NCBI GenBank assembly: GCA_032718475.1
Contig: JAUCBJ010000693.1
Span: 1 to 43,388 of the forward strand
Direction: 5' to 3'
Length of the DNA stretch: 43,388 nt
Origin: Nemertoderma westbladi
Lineage: Eukaryota > Animalia > Xenacoelomorpha
This document shows positions 10,956 through 23,500 of the stretch, piece by piece (the stretch's first letter is position 1; the number at the start of each line of letters is the position of its first letter). Position numbers and translations under genes: made by a program. The notes beneath the pieces were generated by a model. It had not been told where the DNA came from. It did no database searches and saw only the letters and a list, made by a program, of their open reading frames with translations.

Positions 10956-13938
10956 CGTCCGTATAACACACTGGTGTTACCTTTCTCCTAGAAACGGGTT
11001 TTTCACTCACCTTACTTTCCGGTGTCTTCTCTCTGGACTGCTTTAGGAGCTGTAATCTTACCTCTCCATTTAAGAATGACATGAGATCAGCCATGGTAGG
11101 GTCTCTTTGTTGCTGGTCCATCATATAGAGAACCTTTTTGTCCCAACGAGTACCTACTCCACCCTTTGGTAAATTAGATGCTACGGCTCCAACAACCATA
11201 GAACTCTGGTATTCTTGAGACTTACCTAACCAATCTAGCTGTCTACAGATCTCTTGAATCTCATCGGAAAACTCTATAATCCCGCTGCTAAGAAACTTTC
11301 GGGGCGCTACTAATTTCGCATATAAATACCTAGCTATGTTAGTCCTATTACCATACCTGATGTTTAGTGTATCCCAAACTTGTCTTAATCCATCTGGATG
11401 TCCAATAAACTTTAACGCCATTAACTTGGGAGGTCCTTCCAAGCACTCGATGAGGAATCTAAGTTTCTCTCCATTAGATAGTACAGAGTTCTGTATGTTA
11501 TCTTTATAATATTCATTAAAAGGTAACCATTTCATCTCATCTCCATTGAACTTGACGACCTCTCCCACCTTTACCGCTTGACGGGCTTCGGTTCTAGCCA
11601 TTTGACGTGTAAAACTTTCTTGAGCCATCGTATTATTTAATATCGAGTTATCGGTATATAAATTTCTCGGATTATGATCAGATCTGTGTGGGATATCATT
11701 ATCAATGGGTTTATAATTACCCTTAATAGGGTTTACTATAGGAGTTTCTACTTCACTAGCAGTATAGATGCGTGTAGGCTCCACACCTTGCGCATGAAAT
11801 ACTTCAGACCTAACGGGTTGACACATTGTTACAGGGGGTGGTGGTATACCCCTTTGTATATTTACTAACTTATTGCGTTCTAATGCGATGCTCTGCTGCA
11901 CTTCTTGCAATTCTAACCTACTCTCTCTCACTGTTCCCTTTAACTGCTGAACAGTCCCTTCCAATTCTCAGACCTGCTGGGAAGACCTGTTCTTATGGTC
12001 CTCCAGCTGCCCGAGCAACTGATTCATCCCCCGCCGTCCCTCGTCCACCCACTCAACCGCTGAAGCGGGAGCCGCCAACATGGTAGCGGGGTGACACGTA
12101 GGGACGACGGGAGACAAGTCATTTATGTCTTGCTCGGCATCCAGGACTGGATGTGGTTCCGGGGCTTGTCTACTGGGCACAGGTAGTTTAGTACTGTGCA
12201 AAGGGAATTTAGAGTTAGGTTCTGGAAGTACAGGGGTCTCTATCCCAGGAGTGGCTTCAATGACAGGCCTAATTATTTCGGGCTCGTCTATTATAGTAGG
12301 GAGTCTGTCTACTCTAATAATTTGGTCTGTAGGCTCAGGATTACTTAAGTCTACACAAGCTAGTTGCCTTCTCACCGCAGGAGGTAAATTAGGTAACTTC
12401 TGATGGTGTGGCGTGCTTCTACGTCCGCTTGAACGAGATTTATTACCTCTTCCTTCAGGATCTGTTGTATCACCCTCATCGGAGGAGGTAAATCCCTGTC
12501 TTCTGGGAGTAGATCGACTCAGTAGTTGCATCTGAGTAGCTGTTCTTTGTTTATTTAAGTAATCTTGTTTCGCCTGAAGGTTCTCCAGCTCTAGTTGTGT
12601 AATCGTTTCAGATGCCTTCCGTTCTGCTTCTGCCACTGCCGCTTTTCTTTCAGCCTCTGTTAGTTCCGCCGCCGCTGCCGCCTTTCTTTCTAATTCTGCC
12701 GCTGCCGCTGACCTTGAAGCTTCCGCCGCCTTTCTTTCAGCTTCTGCCGCTACTGCCAACTTTCGGTCTTCTATTTGTCGTTTCTTTATTTGTTCTTCCT
12801 GTTCCATAGCGATGAGGATGCTTTCATCAAATTTAGCATGCTCCGCGGCTAATATTTCCGCATCTAACGAGTCCAACACAAATTTGGCTCCCTCACTATT
12901 AGGATGAAGTCCAGCTAGCCGTCTCCTTAGCTCTTTGTCACCTATAAATCGTTGATAGTCTGACAGATAGATGTCAATAGCATCCTTCTTCTGAGGTTTT
13001 TCGGATATAGCTTCGCCTTCCACCTGAGAAAAAGTAGCGTCTGTTGATTCTCCGTGGGTCATGCACTCAGTTAGATGAACTTTCCATTGTGTCATTCCCT
13101 GTACCTTAACACTCACTCGTTGGAACCAAGTCTTTACAGCCACTTGCAACGACGTGTCTTGGCTCCTCTTTGAGGCTTCTTCAAAGGCTGAAAGGATTAA
13201 TCTGATTCGTAAGATTCATTCTCGCACTTGATAAAGCAGCTCTCCCTGCTCTTGAGGTCCTTGACGTTGTTGAAATAGGTGTTCTTCTAATCGCTCCAAA
13301 GAGCTGAAGAATCCCTGGACATATCCTGCTGCTGACCTCTTCCATACAGCTGGATCTCGGGTGTCTCTTACTATTCCCATCCTGTATAAGTCCTCCCAGG
13401 CAGCTTCCGATAAGTTAAACGGGAGTCCGGGTCCGGGGAAGTTCCATTGCGTCTCGACAATAGACCTCAGTTCCTCCGTCGTATATCCCGCATAACTGTC
13501 CCGGGTTGATCTTTTATTTCTCGTCCAATCGGCTTGGTGTTCCTCCACAGCGATCAATACACTAGTGAGTACGGCCCCAGGGAGAATTAGAAGTGGATCT
13601 GGATAAACCGCTTCTGCCATCCTTGGTCCGATCTCGGGCGTCAACTCTTCAGTGTCTGAACTACTAGAGTTATCGTGCCATTGAGAAATAAGTTATCGGT
13701 TCGGGTGCTGTTGCTGTTTAACAGCCACCTCTTGGTCTCGCTTAACTTGAGCCCTAGTGCCTATATTAGACCTATGGTGCTTTACTAGCCTAGGGTCTGA
13801 TACTACTACTGTAGGGATGACCTTTCTTACAGTAGGAGGGGACTTGGACTTTGGTCTCAGATGTTCGATACTCTTATCTGGATCACAGATAGTTCTTTCT
13901 AGGAGACTATCTGACAGTGTTTGCTTTGTGTCAGACAT
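10903..13938 (-). pseudogene. gag: BEL/Pao gag, one frame with three in-frame stops; zinc knuckles and protease not found
   Basis: ORFs 13693-13938, 13216-13644, 11968-13149 and 10903-11964 share a frame. Capsid-like KFNGDEMKWLPF...EKLRFLIECLEGPP...WDTLNIRYGN. Coiled-coil AEAERKAA repeats. Confidence 0.85.
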
Positions 13939-14401
13939 GATTTATTTTACAGTTGATTGCCTACTACTATAATGACAGTTAAAGCAAGTCTAGAGGTTAA
14001 TTACCGAAGCCAACCAGAGCTAACGTGCCTATTAACCACGTTACAACACAAATATACTGCCTACACACTAAATTACTTTCGGAAAGCACTGTACGCTAAA
14101 CCCTAAATTAGGTACAAGTACTTATACAACAAATAACCAGCAGTTAAATATACTTGAACAGCCAAAAGAACCACAGTATCTGCTGGAGTGACCGGAGCAC
14201 AAAATCACCAGTCTTTACCTACACTAAGCTGCCCTGATGTAGTACCGGGGTTAATTTAACTATACCGGTATGTATAACAAGCACAATTACTGTAGGAATA
14301 AACTTGGGGAATTGGAGGTTGCGAATACTCGCATAAACTCTGAATAATAAATATTACGCTACCCGTGCAGACTATTCAAACAAAATACAAGAAGCACAGA
14401 A

Positions 14402-14695
14402 ACAGAAGCACAGAAAATTCCGAGCTGGCTCTGAGGCTCAGAAAAATAGTAAACAAAGACCGTAATGCATTGCGCGAATTTCCATAGGCCTCTGTCAGAC
14501 ATAAAGGGAAAATTGCTCTGATTGGCTGATTGAGGCAGAACAAAGAAATTCCACGTCCACAAAGAATCAGCTGATAGATTTCGTCATACTAGCTCTAATT
14601 CCTTCCCATCGTGTAGTTGGATAAATTTAGGGCTATTTTAGAGTATTCTGCGCATTGCGGAAAAATGACTTGTTATGTCCGCAAAAGCTTTTACA
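14402..14695 (-). repeat. 5' LTR of BEL element 1, portion matching the 3' LTR (U3 side)
   Basis: Matches 2458-2751 with 7 substitutions in 294 bp (hand count). CCAAT on minus at 14521-14525. Close match stops at 14402. Confidence 0.9.
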
Positions 14696-16053
<1,358 letters not shown>

Positions 16054-17015
16054 GATAGCCGATTGCTAGTTGTGCCGACGCACTATTTGTTCAGAGTTGT
16101 GCCCTTTCAGTGGGACTGATTATTTGAAAATTGTGGTGACATCAATTCCTGTGCTACCACTAGGGGGTGTGGTGTATAATGTGAGGGTAATGTGAGGGAG
16201 TGTGATATTGCTTTTTCGTCTTTGGTTATTTATTGATATTAAGTTTCTTTGACTGTAGGCACATCTTGGTGTCCGGAAACATCATATATCGTGTATAATT
16301 GAGGGGAATGACAAATTGAATATTTATGATCGCGATGTTATATTATAGTGCTTTTAATGAAACATCGAATATCACTAATTTTTAATTGTATAAGTTGTTG
16401 AACAAATTATATGAATGATGAATGGGAAATTATTTTTATTATATTTTTATTATAAGGTGGTCGATAAAGCAATTTCCAGGCTCAATTTCTTTGTAAATGT
16501 ACGGTCTCAGGAATTCTTAGCATGCGAGTATTCCTAGCCAGTGGGTATTCTTAGCCTGCGAAACAATAACGTTTATTGTTTTGGTTCCCCCAATACTCCT
16601 CTGAAACCTGCTCCTTTGCTAACCTGCTCCTTTACTAACTCGCAATTTGAATCGCGAGATTTGAATCGATCGCGAAATTTGAATCATTGCTTCACGAAAT
16701 AGAAGAAAAGGATTATTGTAATATTTCGTTTTATTCCATATCGTAACATCCAATCTTTTAACACCCTATCTCGTATAATCATGCCTCCCCGATCTCGTAG
16801 CACCTAATGCATTATTGTCAAAAAATTTGCAAAATAAACTTGGTCTCTAATCCGATCTATAGACTCTTGGGTGTCCACAACGGTATTAGTACATAGAACA
16901 ACAGATTGGTAATAAGAATTTGCTACAAGCGTGCAATAATAATTACAAAAGGGTGAGTACAAAACAAATACACAAGACCCAAAAACTTAAGACCTGTACG
17001 AAACACATGTGATAA

Positions 17016-18260
17016 TGTTCGCGCTTTTGAAGACCTTTAGCAGTTTAACCTGCCAAAATTTATATGTCTTTTAGTTAATTAAAACCACTTTAGCATACGA
17101 CAATATTTTATGCTAATACGCAAAACACTAGCCGAAATCAGCCCATGCGCGATCATTCACCCGATGGATCTACACCCGGGAGACTGAATTCGGATGCTTG
17201 AATTGTATTATTACAGTGTAAGGTTGCAGTGTATACCTAATGTATTATTCGATAGATCGTTAATAATTAATCTCTGACAGATATTATTGGCTTTCGGGAA
17301 ATATTAACAGTTCCTTTAGGACGTGGCGCTTTATCTATTTAAACAGAACTAAGACTTATACTAAAACGCAACGATACTGCTTATGATTAAAGTATAAAGC
17401 GTATTCTTTAGGAAATACTTTGTTACCAATCACAATCATACACACTATTCTGCCGACAGTCAGTATATTTGATCACACATAAAGAGAGCAGTAATTGACT
17501 CACGTAGGGTCTGCTAAATAACATTGGATTCAATACACACCACATTAATATAAATCGCAATTGTTATGTATAGCCGGTCTCTCTAACCTGTAGTGTTATC
17601 AAGAAAATTGGGAATTGGGTGATTTATCCGTATTATCCAAATAGCAATATTTCCATCAACAAATAGGTACAATTAATAACTGACAGTAAATAACAGTACA
17701 AACAATATGATTAATGCAATTAAATTAAGTGAGCATGTTAATTAGTGATTTATTGAATAAGTGAGTAGGTAACAGTTTATACTTTCGATAATTTAAGCAG
17801 TTTACTAGAGTTCTTCCCAAAAGGCCGGTGTTTCTGGCTTAGACAGCAATAACAACAAAGTATCAAGAAAAAACAGTAAGACAGAACACTCTCCTTATGA
17901 TCGGCAGAAAAGCTACACGTCGACAGGAAAAACCGCCCTGATTGGCCCAAGCCAAACAAAGAACCACGCGTCCAATGGCTGTTTCCATGTCAGCAACCAG
18001 CTGCTAGATGTCGTAATATGAATCATCACGGCTAAGCTGTGAAAGGTAGTTGGTGCATTACAAGTTTTTTGCCTTACCATGTCCGCCAAAACACGTATAT
18101 AGCAGAATGATTTTTATGTCCGTTAAAACACCTGTAAAGGTACCTTGCGGGCGAGGGGAATATATATACAGTTAGAAAACCTTTTTAGAGTATTCCAGCG
18201 CCTGGGGGAGAACTGGCCAGCAAAGGCAAACGTATCAGTTATCCCACAAAAGCTTTTACA
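17016..18260 (-). repeat. 3' LTR of element 2 (1245 bp)
   Basis: 17296-18260 is nearly identical to 19596-20558 (about 5 substitutions and one 2-bp indel seen). Confidence 0.92.
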
Positions 18261-18338
18261 CCGCTCCCAGAAAATGGGATTTAAGTCTATAAAATATACC
18301 AAATCACAGTTTCTAAAATATAAAAATACTCTAAACAG

Positions 18339-19593
18339 TTAGTCTTTCTTGCGCGGACGGCGTTTACGCAGCTTTTTAAAGCTAGCAAGAGTCCTTTTCT
18401 CTTTGGGGCGAGCCACTTTACGAGGAGGGCTATAACTCCTGGGTGAAGGGTGCAATATGATTGCATCAGAAGGTATGGGATTGCGATCGGTATATCCGCC
18501 GGTCGAAGTACTGGGTTGATTGACATCAACGTCCGGGGAGAGGGGTCTAACGGCTTTGAGAGCTCGTTTCAAGACAGCCGCTCTTACGGGTCCTTTACGA
18601 GTGGTCTGAACGAGGGCCGTGGGTGGACCATAGGCAGTTAGAAACTTCCTTGGTTTAATGGTTCTTTCCAACTCGCGTTCGCGGGCTCGATACTCGTAAG
18701 GCCGTCGATATACTTCTTGTAACTCAGGGTGTGAGTTGACGAATAAGTCTCCATAGGCAGGGTCTTGACGGATAAAGTTTATTAAGTTGTAAGACTGGAT
18801 GTCACTCGGATTAATGCTTCTGAGAAATTTACGTACATATTTGGTTGAAATACATTCTCCAACGCGCTTCAATAGTTCATAACTTGATAGGCGCGATTTC
18901 TGTTCGACGGAGGCAAACAAATATGGATGGAACGCATAAACTCCTTCGTAGGCGCGTCCGGGATAATAGCGATGGCGTGAATCACAATGTAAATCAGCGT
19001 TCGCTTCCCAAGCTCTGATATAACGTAGTACAATCATTTCATCTACGCTCTCTAAATCATGGTTAAAGGGACAATCAAAGCTGGCGTGTCCTTTTAATTG
19101 ACAATGATGACATTGAGTCATAAATTGAGGGCAAACCGCAAAAATATGCAAATTATTAAATCTGCAATACGCGCAATAAATTTCCATCGCCGGTTGTTCG
19201 TGGAAATAGGAACAGCGGACGTTTGTGTCCATGGGCGTAACATGGTCTCTCGATGCGCATAACCGACAACGTTGCCGAGAAACATAGTTGGCATGGCGAT
19301 AATCGTACGCAGTGAGACACTGTGGACCTTGATACCATTCTAGGATGTTATCGTTGTCGTTGTTCCGAGCGCGATAGGCTGAATCTCTTCAGATTCCAGA
19401 CATATTGGTTCGTCTTCCCAGTCTATTACGAATAGAATTTTCGTGATCTATTCTCGGTTTATCGTTACGACGCCGCTGGGTATGATATTTAAATAGAACC
19501 ATTTCCCTTTCGGTGTCTACATCGTCCGTATCATGTAAATCGATAGGATGGCCGGTAGTTAAGAAGTCCATATACGTACCATTACGATGCGTA
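18339..19593 (-). pseudogene. Accessory ORF of element 2 with three CCHC-type zinc knuckles; 5'-deleted, one in-frame stop
   Basis: 19389-19571 and 18339-19232 are in frame across a TGA. Motifs CRLC-x4-H-x9-C, CAYC-x5-H-x4-C, CHHC-x4-H-x4-C. C-terminal 134 aa ~81% identical to 2830-3234. Confidence 0.85.
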
Positions 19594-19595
19594 TA

Positions 19596-20558
19596 GGGAA
19601 ATATTAACAGTTCCTTTAGGACGTGGCGCTTTATCTATTTAAACAGAACTAAGACTTATACTAAAACGCAACGATACTGCTTATGATTAAAGTATAAAGC
19701 GTATTCTTTAGGAAATACTTTGTTACCAATCACAATCATACACACTATTCTGCCGACCGTCAGTATATTTGATCATACATAAAGAGAGCAGCAGTTGACT
19801 CACGTAGGGTCTGCTAAATAACATTGGATTCAATATACACCACATTAATATAAATCGCAATTGTTATGTATAGCCGGTCTCTCTAACCTGTAGTGTTATC
19901 AAGAAAATTGGGAATTGGGTGATTTATCCGTATTATCCAAATAGCAATATTTCCATCAACAAATAGGTACAATTAATAACTGACAGTAAATAACAGTAAA
20001 CAATATGATTAATGCAATTAAATTAAGTGAGCATGTTAATTAGTGATTTATTGAATAAGTGAGTAGGTAACAGTTTATACTTTCGATAATTTAAGCAGTT
20101 TACTAGAGTTCTTCCCAAAAGGCCGGTGTTTCTGGCTTAGACAGCAATAACAACAAAGTATCAAGGAAAAACAGTAAGACAGAACACTCTCCTTATGATC
20201 GGCAGAAAAGCTACACGTCGACAGGAAAAACCGCCCTGATTGGCCCAAGCCAAACAAAGAACCACGCGTCCAATGGCTGTTTCCATGTCAGCAACCAGCT
20301 GCTAGATGTCGTAATATGAATCATCACGGCTAAGCTGTGAAAGGTAGTTGGTGCATTACAAGTTTTTTGCCTTACCATGTCCGCCAAAACACGTATATAG
20401 CAGAATGATTTTTATGTCCGTTAAAACACCTGTAAAGGTACCTTGCGGGCGAGGGGAATATATATACAGTTAGAAAACCTTTTTAGAGTATTCCAGCGCC
20501 TGGGGGAGAACTGGCCAGCAAAGGCAAACGTATCAGTTATCCCACAAAAGCTTTTACA
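19596..20558 (-). repeat. 5' LTR of element 2, missing its last ~280 bp
   Basis: Direct repeat of 17296-18260, fused at ~19595 to accessory-ORF sequence. Confidence 0.92.
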
Positions 20559-20808
20559 GATAACTTTCGTTTATTGTTTTGGTTCCCCCAACTATGACTA
20601 TGTAACCTGCTCCTTTACTAACCTGCTCCTTTAAATGCCAATGAGACCTAACGCTCTTTGGGACCTAATGCTACTTTACCTCTTAGTTTTGTACGTCCTT
20701 GGTCTTCGTTTTGTACTGACCCAGATACAAGAGCAGAAAACCAGCTATATCGTCCTGCTACAACGTTATTAACTTCAGCAACTGTATCATAGACCTATTT
20801 GCCTTTAA

Positions 20809-21499
20809 CACTTTGCGTACCAACACGGTACGAGTTCATCACACGTATTGTCACGACACGTACTCGTGTTCATAATTCATGATAATGCTCATAATGCCGC
20901 CTTTAATTACTGTAATTATAACTTAACCCCCATGGCAGCAAAGTGCCACCTTTACATATATATAATATTATCCTGATCCCCAGGGTAGCAGTGTTTCGCC
21001 TTTATATAATTATAACCTAACCCTCATGGCGGCAGAGTGCCGCCTTTACTTACTGTATATTATCCTGACTCCCAGGGCGACAGGGTGCCGCCTCTATTTA
21101 AAACCTCTTATAACTTTCTTATTACTATTGGGGCGGATAAATGGAGTTCATATTCGTGTTGTGCAGGAAAAACTGGTCTAGAAAAATTAATTTATTGCTT
21201 GAAGGGATTCCTGTTGGTTTGATTAATTTTAAATTACATAGTTTATGCAAATTAATTTCAATTTAGCCAATAATTATGTTACAAATGATTAAGGCTGCAG
21301 TGTGTGCCCCCCGGAGTTCAAATGAAAGATTTATAAATTTCGAAAATGGTTAAAGGCGGAAGTGTGCCGCCTTTGAGGGTAGGATAAGTAATAATATGGT
21401 TATCCTCTTTATATATAACAACAAAATAAACCTTGGTACGATCAAATATACTTTCTTGAAAGTAAAAATTTACGTAATTTATCTTTGGTACACAAAGGG
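20809..21499. mobile_element. piggyBac-like MITE, degenerate (copy B 30544-31232)
   Basis: TTAA then CACTTTGCGTACCAA ... TTGGTACACAAAGGG. Repeated GGCGGCAGAGTGCCGCC-type hairpins. Right TTAA not preserved. Confidence 0.55.
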
Positions 21500-22329
21500 C
21501 TGCACTTACTTTCTTAAAATTTAATAATAGTTTGAGTAGGTTCTCGAGAATTTCGTTGCCATATTCGTAAACATGAAGATTGTAATGTTGTGATAGACAT
21601 AAGAGCATATTGCTTGAAATATATTAAATATAATATAAATATAATTTGCTATACAAATTTCTGACTGCTTATATTGCATGCATATAGTCCAGCAAAATCA
21701 AATCAAGTCTCACACTGTTCATATAGGAATAAGCAATCAAAGTGTAATCTATGTACCCCTTTCGATATCGCTTAATGCACTGATTCTTAATAATAATATA
21801 CAATTATTTCTTATATTTAATAATCTGTAATTTTATTAGGAAGAACTTTCACCTTTCTGTAATATAGTATTACTTCTAAGAATACACCTCATTAGTAATA
21901 ATAATGTTATAATTTTAATTAGATTGTTTACTCGGGTAAATGGGTGGCTTTTAATATAAATGCTATTTAATTATTTATTTAATACTAAATATTACCTTTA
22001 ACAAAGGATGTTACCCAATACATGAAAACAATTTTTTTGCTCCAATCATGTCTTGATTAATAAAGTAGAAAGTTTCATGGGTGGTGCTAAAAATTCTGGA
22101 ACATTTAATACAAAAATTGACACACCGGCACTATTAATGGTATAGTACCCTATTAATTAAAAGTATAGAGACAAACATTTACTGATAATTAATAGGTAGA
22201 GAACTACAGAGAAACCCCCCCACACAGCACAAATATCAGTTAAAAATTATAAAATAGAGTTAAGTACAGAAGAGGCGATGTAGATTAATTAGCTAGTTGC
22301 TGCATATGACGTTCCTATCCTGTCTGGCC

Positions 22330-22490
22330 TTATGGCAGCCCAGCACCATCTTCCAGTCCAAGCCCACTTCTCCATTTGATGCGTGACCCACGAACGCAAT
22401 GGGATGCGCCTCGGATAAGGGCAAACTGGACTCGTGTCCTACTCTTACTGGTTAGCACAAATTTGCGGGATTTCCGGCATCGGGACCGGG
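22330..22490 (-). pseudogene. 3' coding fragment resembling the C-terminus of a CRE-type RLE non-LTR retrotransposon (copy B 33139-33310)
   Basis: Translates TRVQF(A/T)LIRGASHCVRGSRIKWRSGLGLEDGAGLP*, resembling the recalled 'RLSFAxLRAxxLCLRGSR' tail. Recognition from memory only. Confidence 0.5.
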
Positions 22491-22730
22491 ATTATCACTC
22501 TCGGGATCCTGTCTGCGTAAAACTTAACTATAAATAAACTTCAATAAACACTATAATACGTAACTAACGGTCAACAGTCAAATTATTCATAAACCACAAT
22601 ATTACTTACAAAATAATAAACTATCTTAATTCAATTTAATACGATGCAGAGAGGTTCCAACCACGAAGACTATAACAGTCTACAGTACGAAACCAAGACT
22701 TCTCCATTTGGCTGAATATATATATATATA

Positions 22731-23070
22731 CCTTGCCTGTTTTGGCAAGTATATAAATATACCTTGCCTGTTTTGGCAAGTATGTAAGTATGCCTTGCCT
22801 GTTTTGGCAAGTATATAAATATACCTTGCCTGTTTTGGCAAGTATGTAAATACACCTTGCCTGTTTTTGCGAGTATATATATATACCTTGCCTGTTTTGG
22901 CAAGTATGTAAATGTGCCTTGCCTGTTTTGGCAAGTATATAAATACACCTTGCCTGTTTTGGCAAGTATATAAATACACCTTGCCTGTTTTGGCAAGTAT
23001 ATAAATACACCTTGCCTGTTTTGGCAAGTATATAAATACACCTTGCCTGTTTTTGCGAGTATATATATAT
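22731..23070. repeat. 31-bp tandem repeat with internal palindrome, ~11 copies (~3 copies at 33411-33505)
   Basis: Unit CCTTGCCTGTTTTGGCAAGTATATAAATACA with CTTGCC/GGCAAG stem. Confidence 0.95.
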
Positions 23071-23229
23071 AACTTGCTATAGAATTATATTCTCTACAAG
23101 AGTATATTCTCTACTCTACGTAGTGTGTATTGAGTTCGAATCCTAGTAGGTGCGAATTATTTTTTGTGCAGAATTTCAACTCATTTAAATTGACCGCTAC
23201 AAATTAATTGCATTTGCTCGAAGTAAGGT

Positions 23230-23500
23230 TAACCAATGAGACTGTAGTTATTAGATTGTAACCAATGTCGTACAAGTGATATATTTGTTGGACCAATAGC
23301 TATCTTTAAAAACCTGTTAGAACTCATAGAACAATCGAGAATTTTCTCGATTGATTGCGGCACAAATTTGGTATAAAAGGTGCGATTTCGTTCATTAGTT
23401 TATAACTTCTTCATTCTTACAATCGTCACGCTACATCACTGTTACTTTCTATTCTGTTTATTGTATAATAGTTATTGTTTGATTTTGTAATAAAAGTTAG
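23230..23500 (+). promoter_or_regulatory. LTR-like Pol II promoter/polyadenylation module
   Basis: CCAAT at ~23233, 23262, 23293; palindrome CAATCGAGAATTTTCTCGATTG 23332-23353; TATAAAAG 23372; TCATTAGT ~23392; AATAAA ~23489. Confidence 0.5.

Larger units (their letters stand above)
1646..14695 (-). mobile_element. BEL/Pao LTR retrotransposon, degenerate, with extra 3' ORF
   Basis: TGT...ACA termini, 5-bp TSD TACTC on both sides, gag-RT-RNaseH-IN order with BEL-type motifs, 294-bp terminal direct repeat. Confidence 0.95.
17016..20558 (-). mobile_element. Internally deleted BEL-family element 2 (no gag-pol)
   Basis: TGTTCGCG...TTTTACA termini as in element 1. TSD GATAA (17011-17015, 20559-20563). 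Empty site with one GATAA in copy B at 30294-30298. Confidence 0.95.

Noticed and set aside
8113-12809. Plus-strand ORFs antisense to gag-pol (also 39422-39901 and the alternative-frame ORFs at 41947-42341)
   Set aside because: Shadow ORFs of real coding frames with no motifs of their own.
13845-13862. tRNA-type or self-priming PBS for BEL element 1
   Set aside because: No TGG start, and only a 6-nt match (TCTGAG) to the LTR.
22636-23041. ORFs over the 31-bp array, and a CRISPR-like look from palindromic repeats
   Set aside because: Units are contiguous with no unique spacers, there are no cas genes, and the context is eukaryotic. The ORFs are repeat translations.
23120-23166. tRNA gene suggested by GTTCGAATCC
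   Set aside because: No A-box or cloverleaf could be built; at most a SINE-like fragment.
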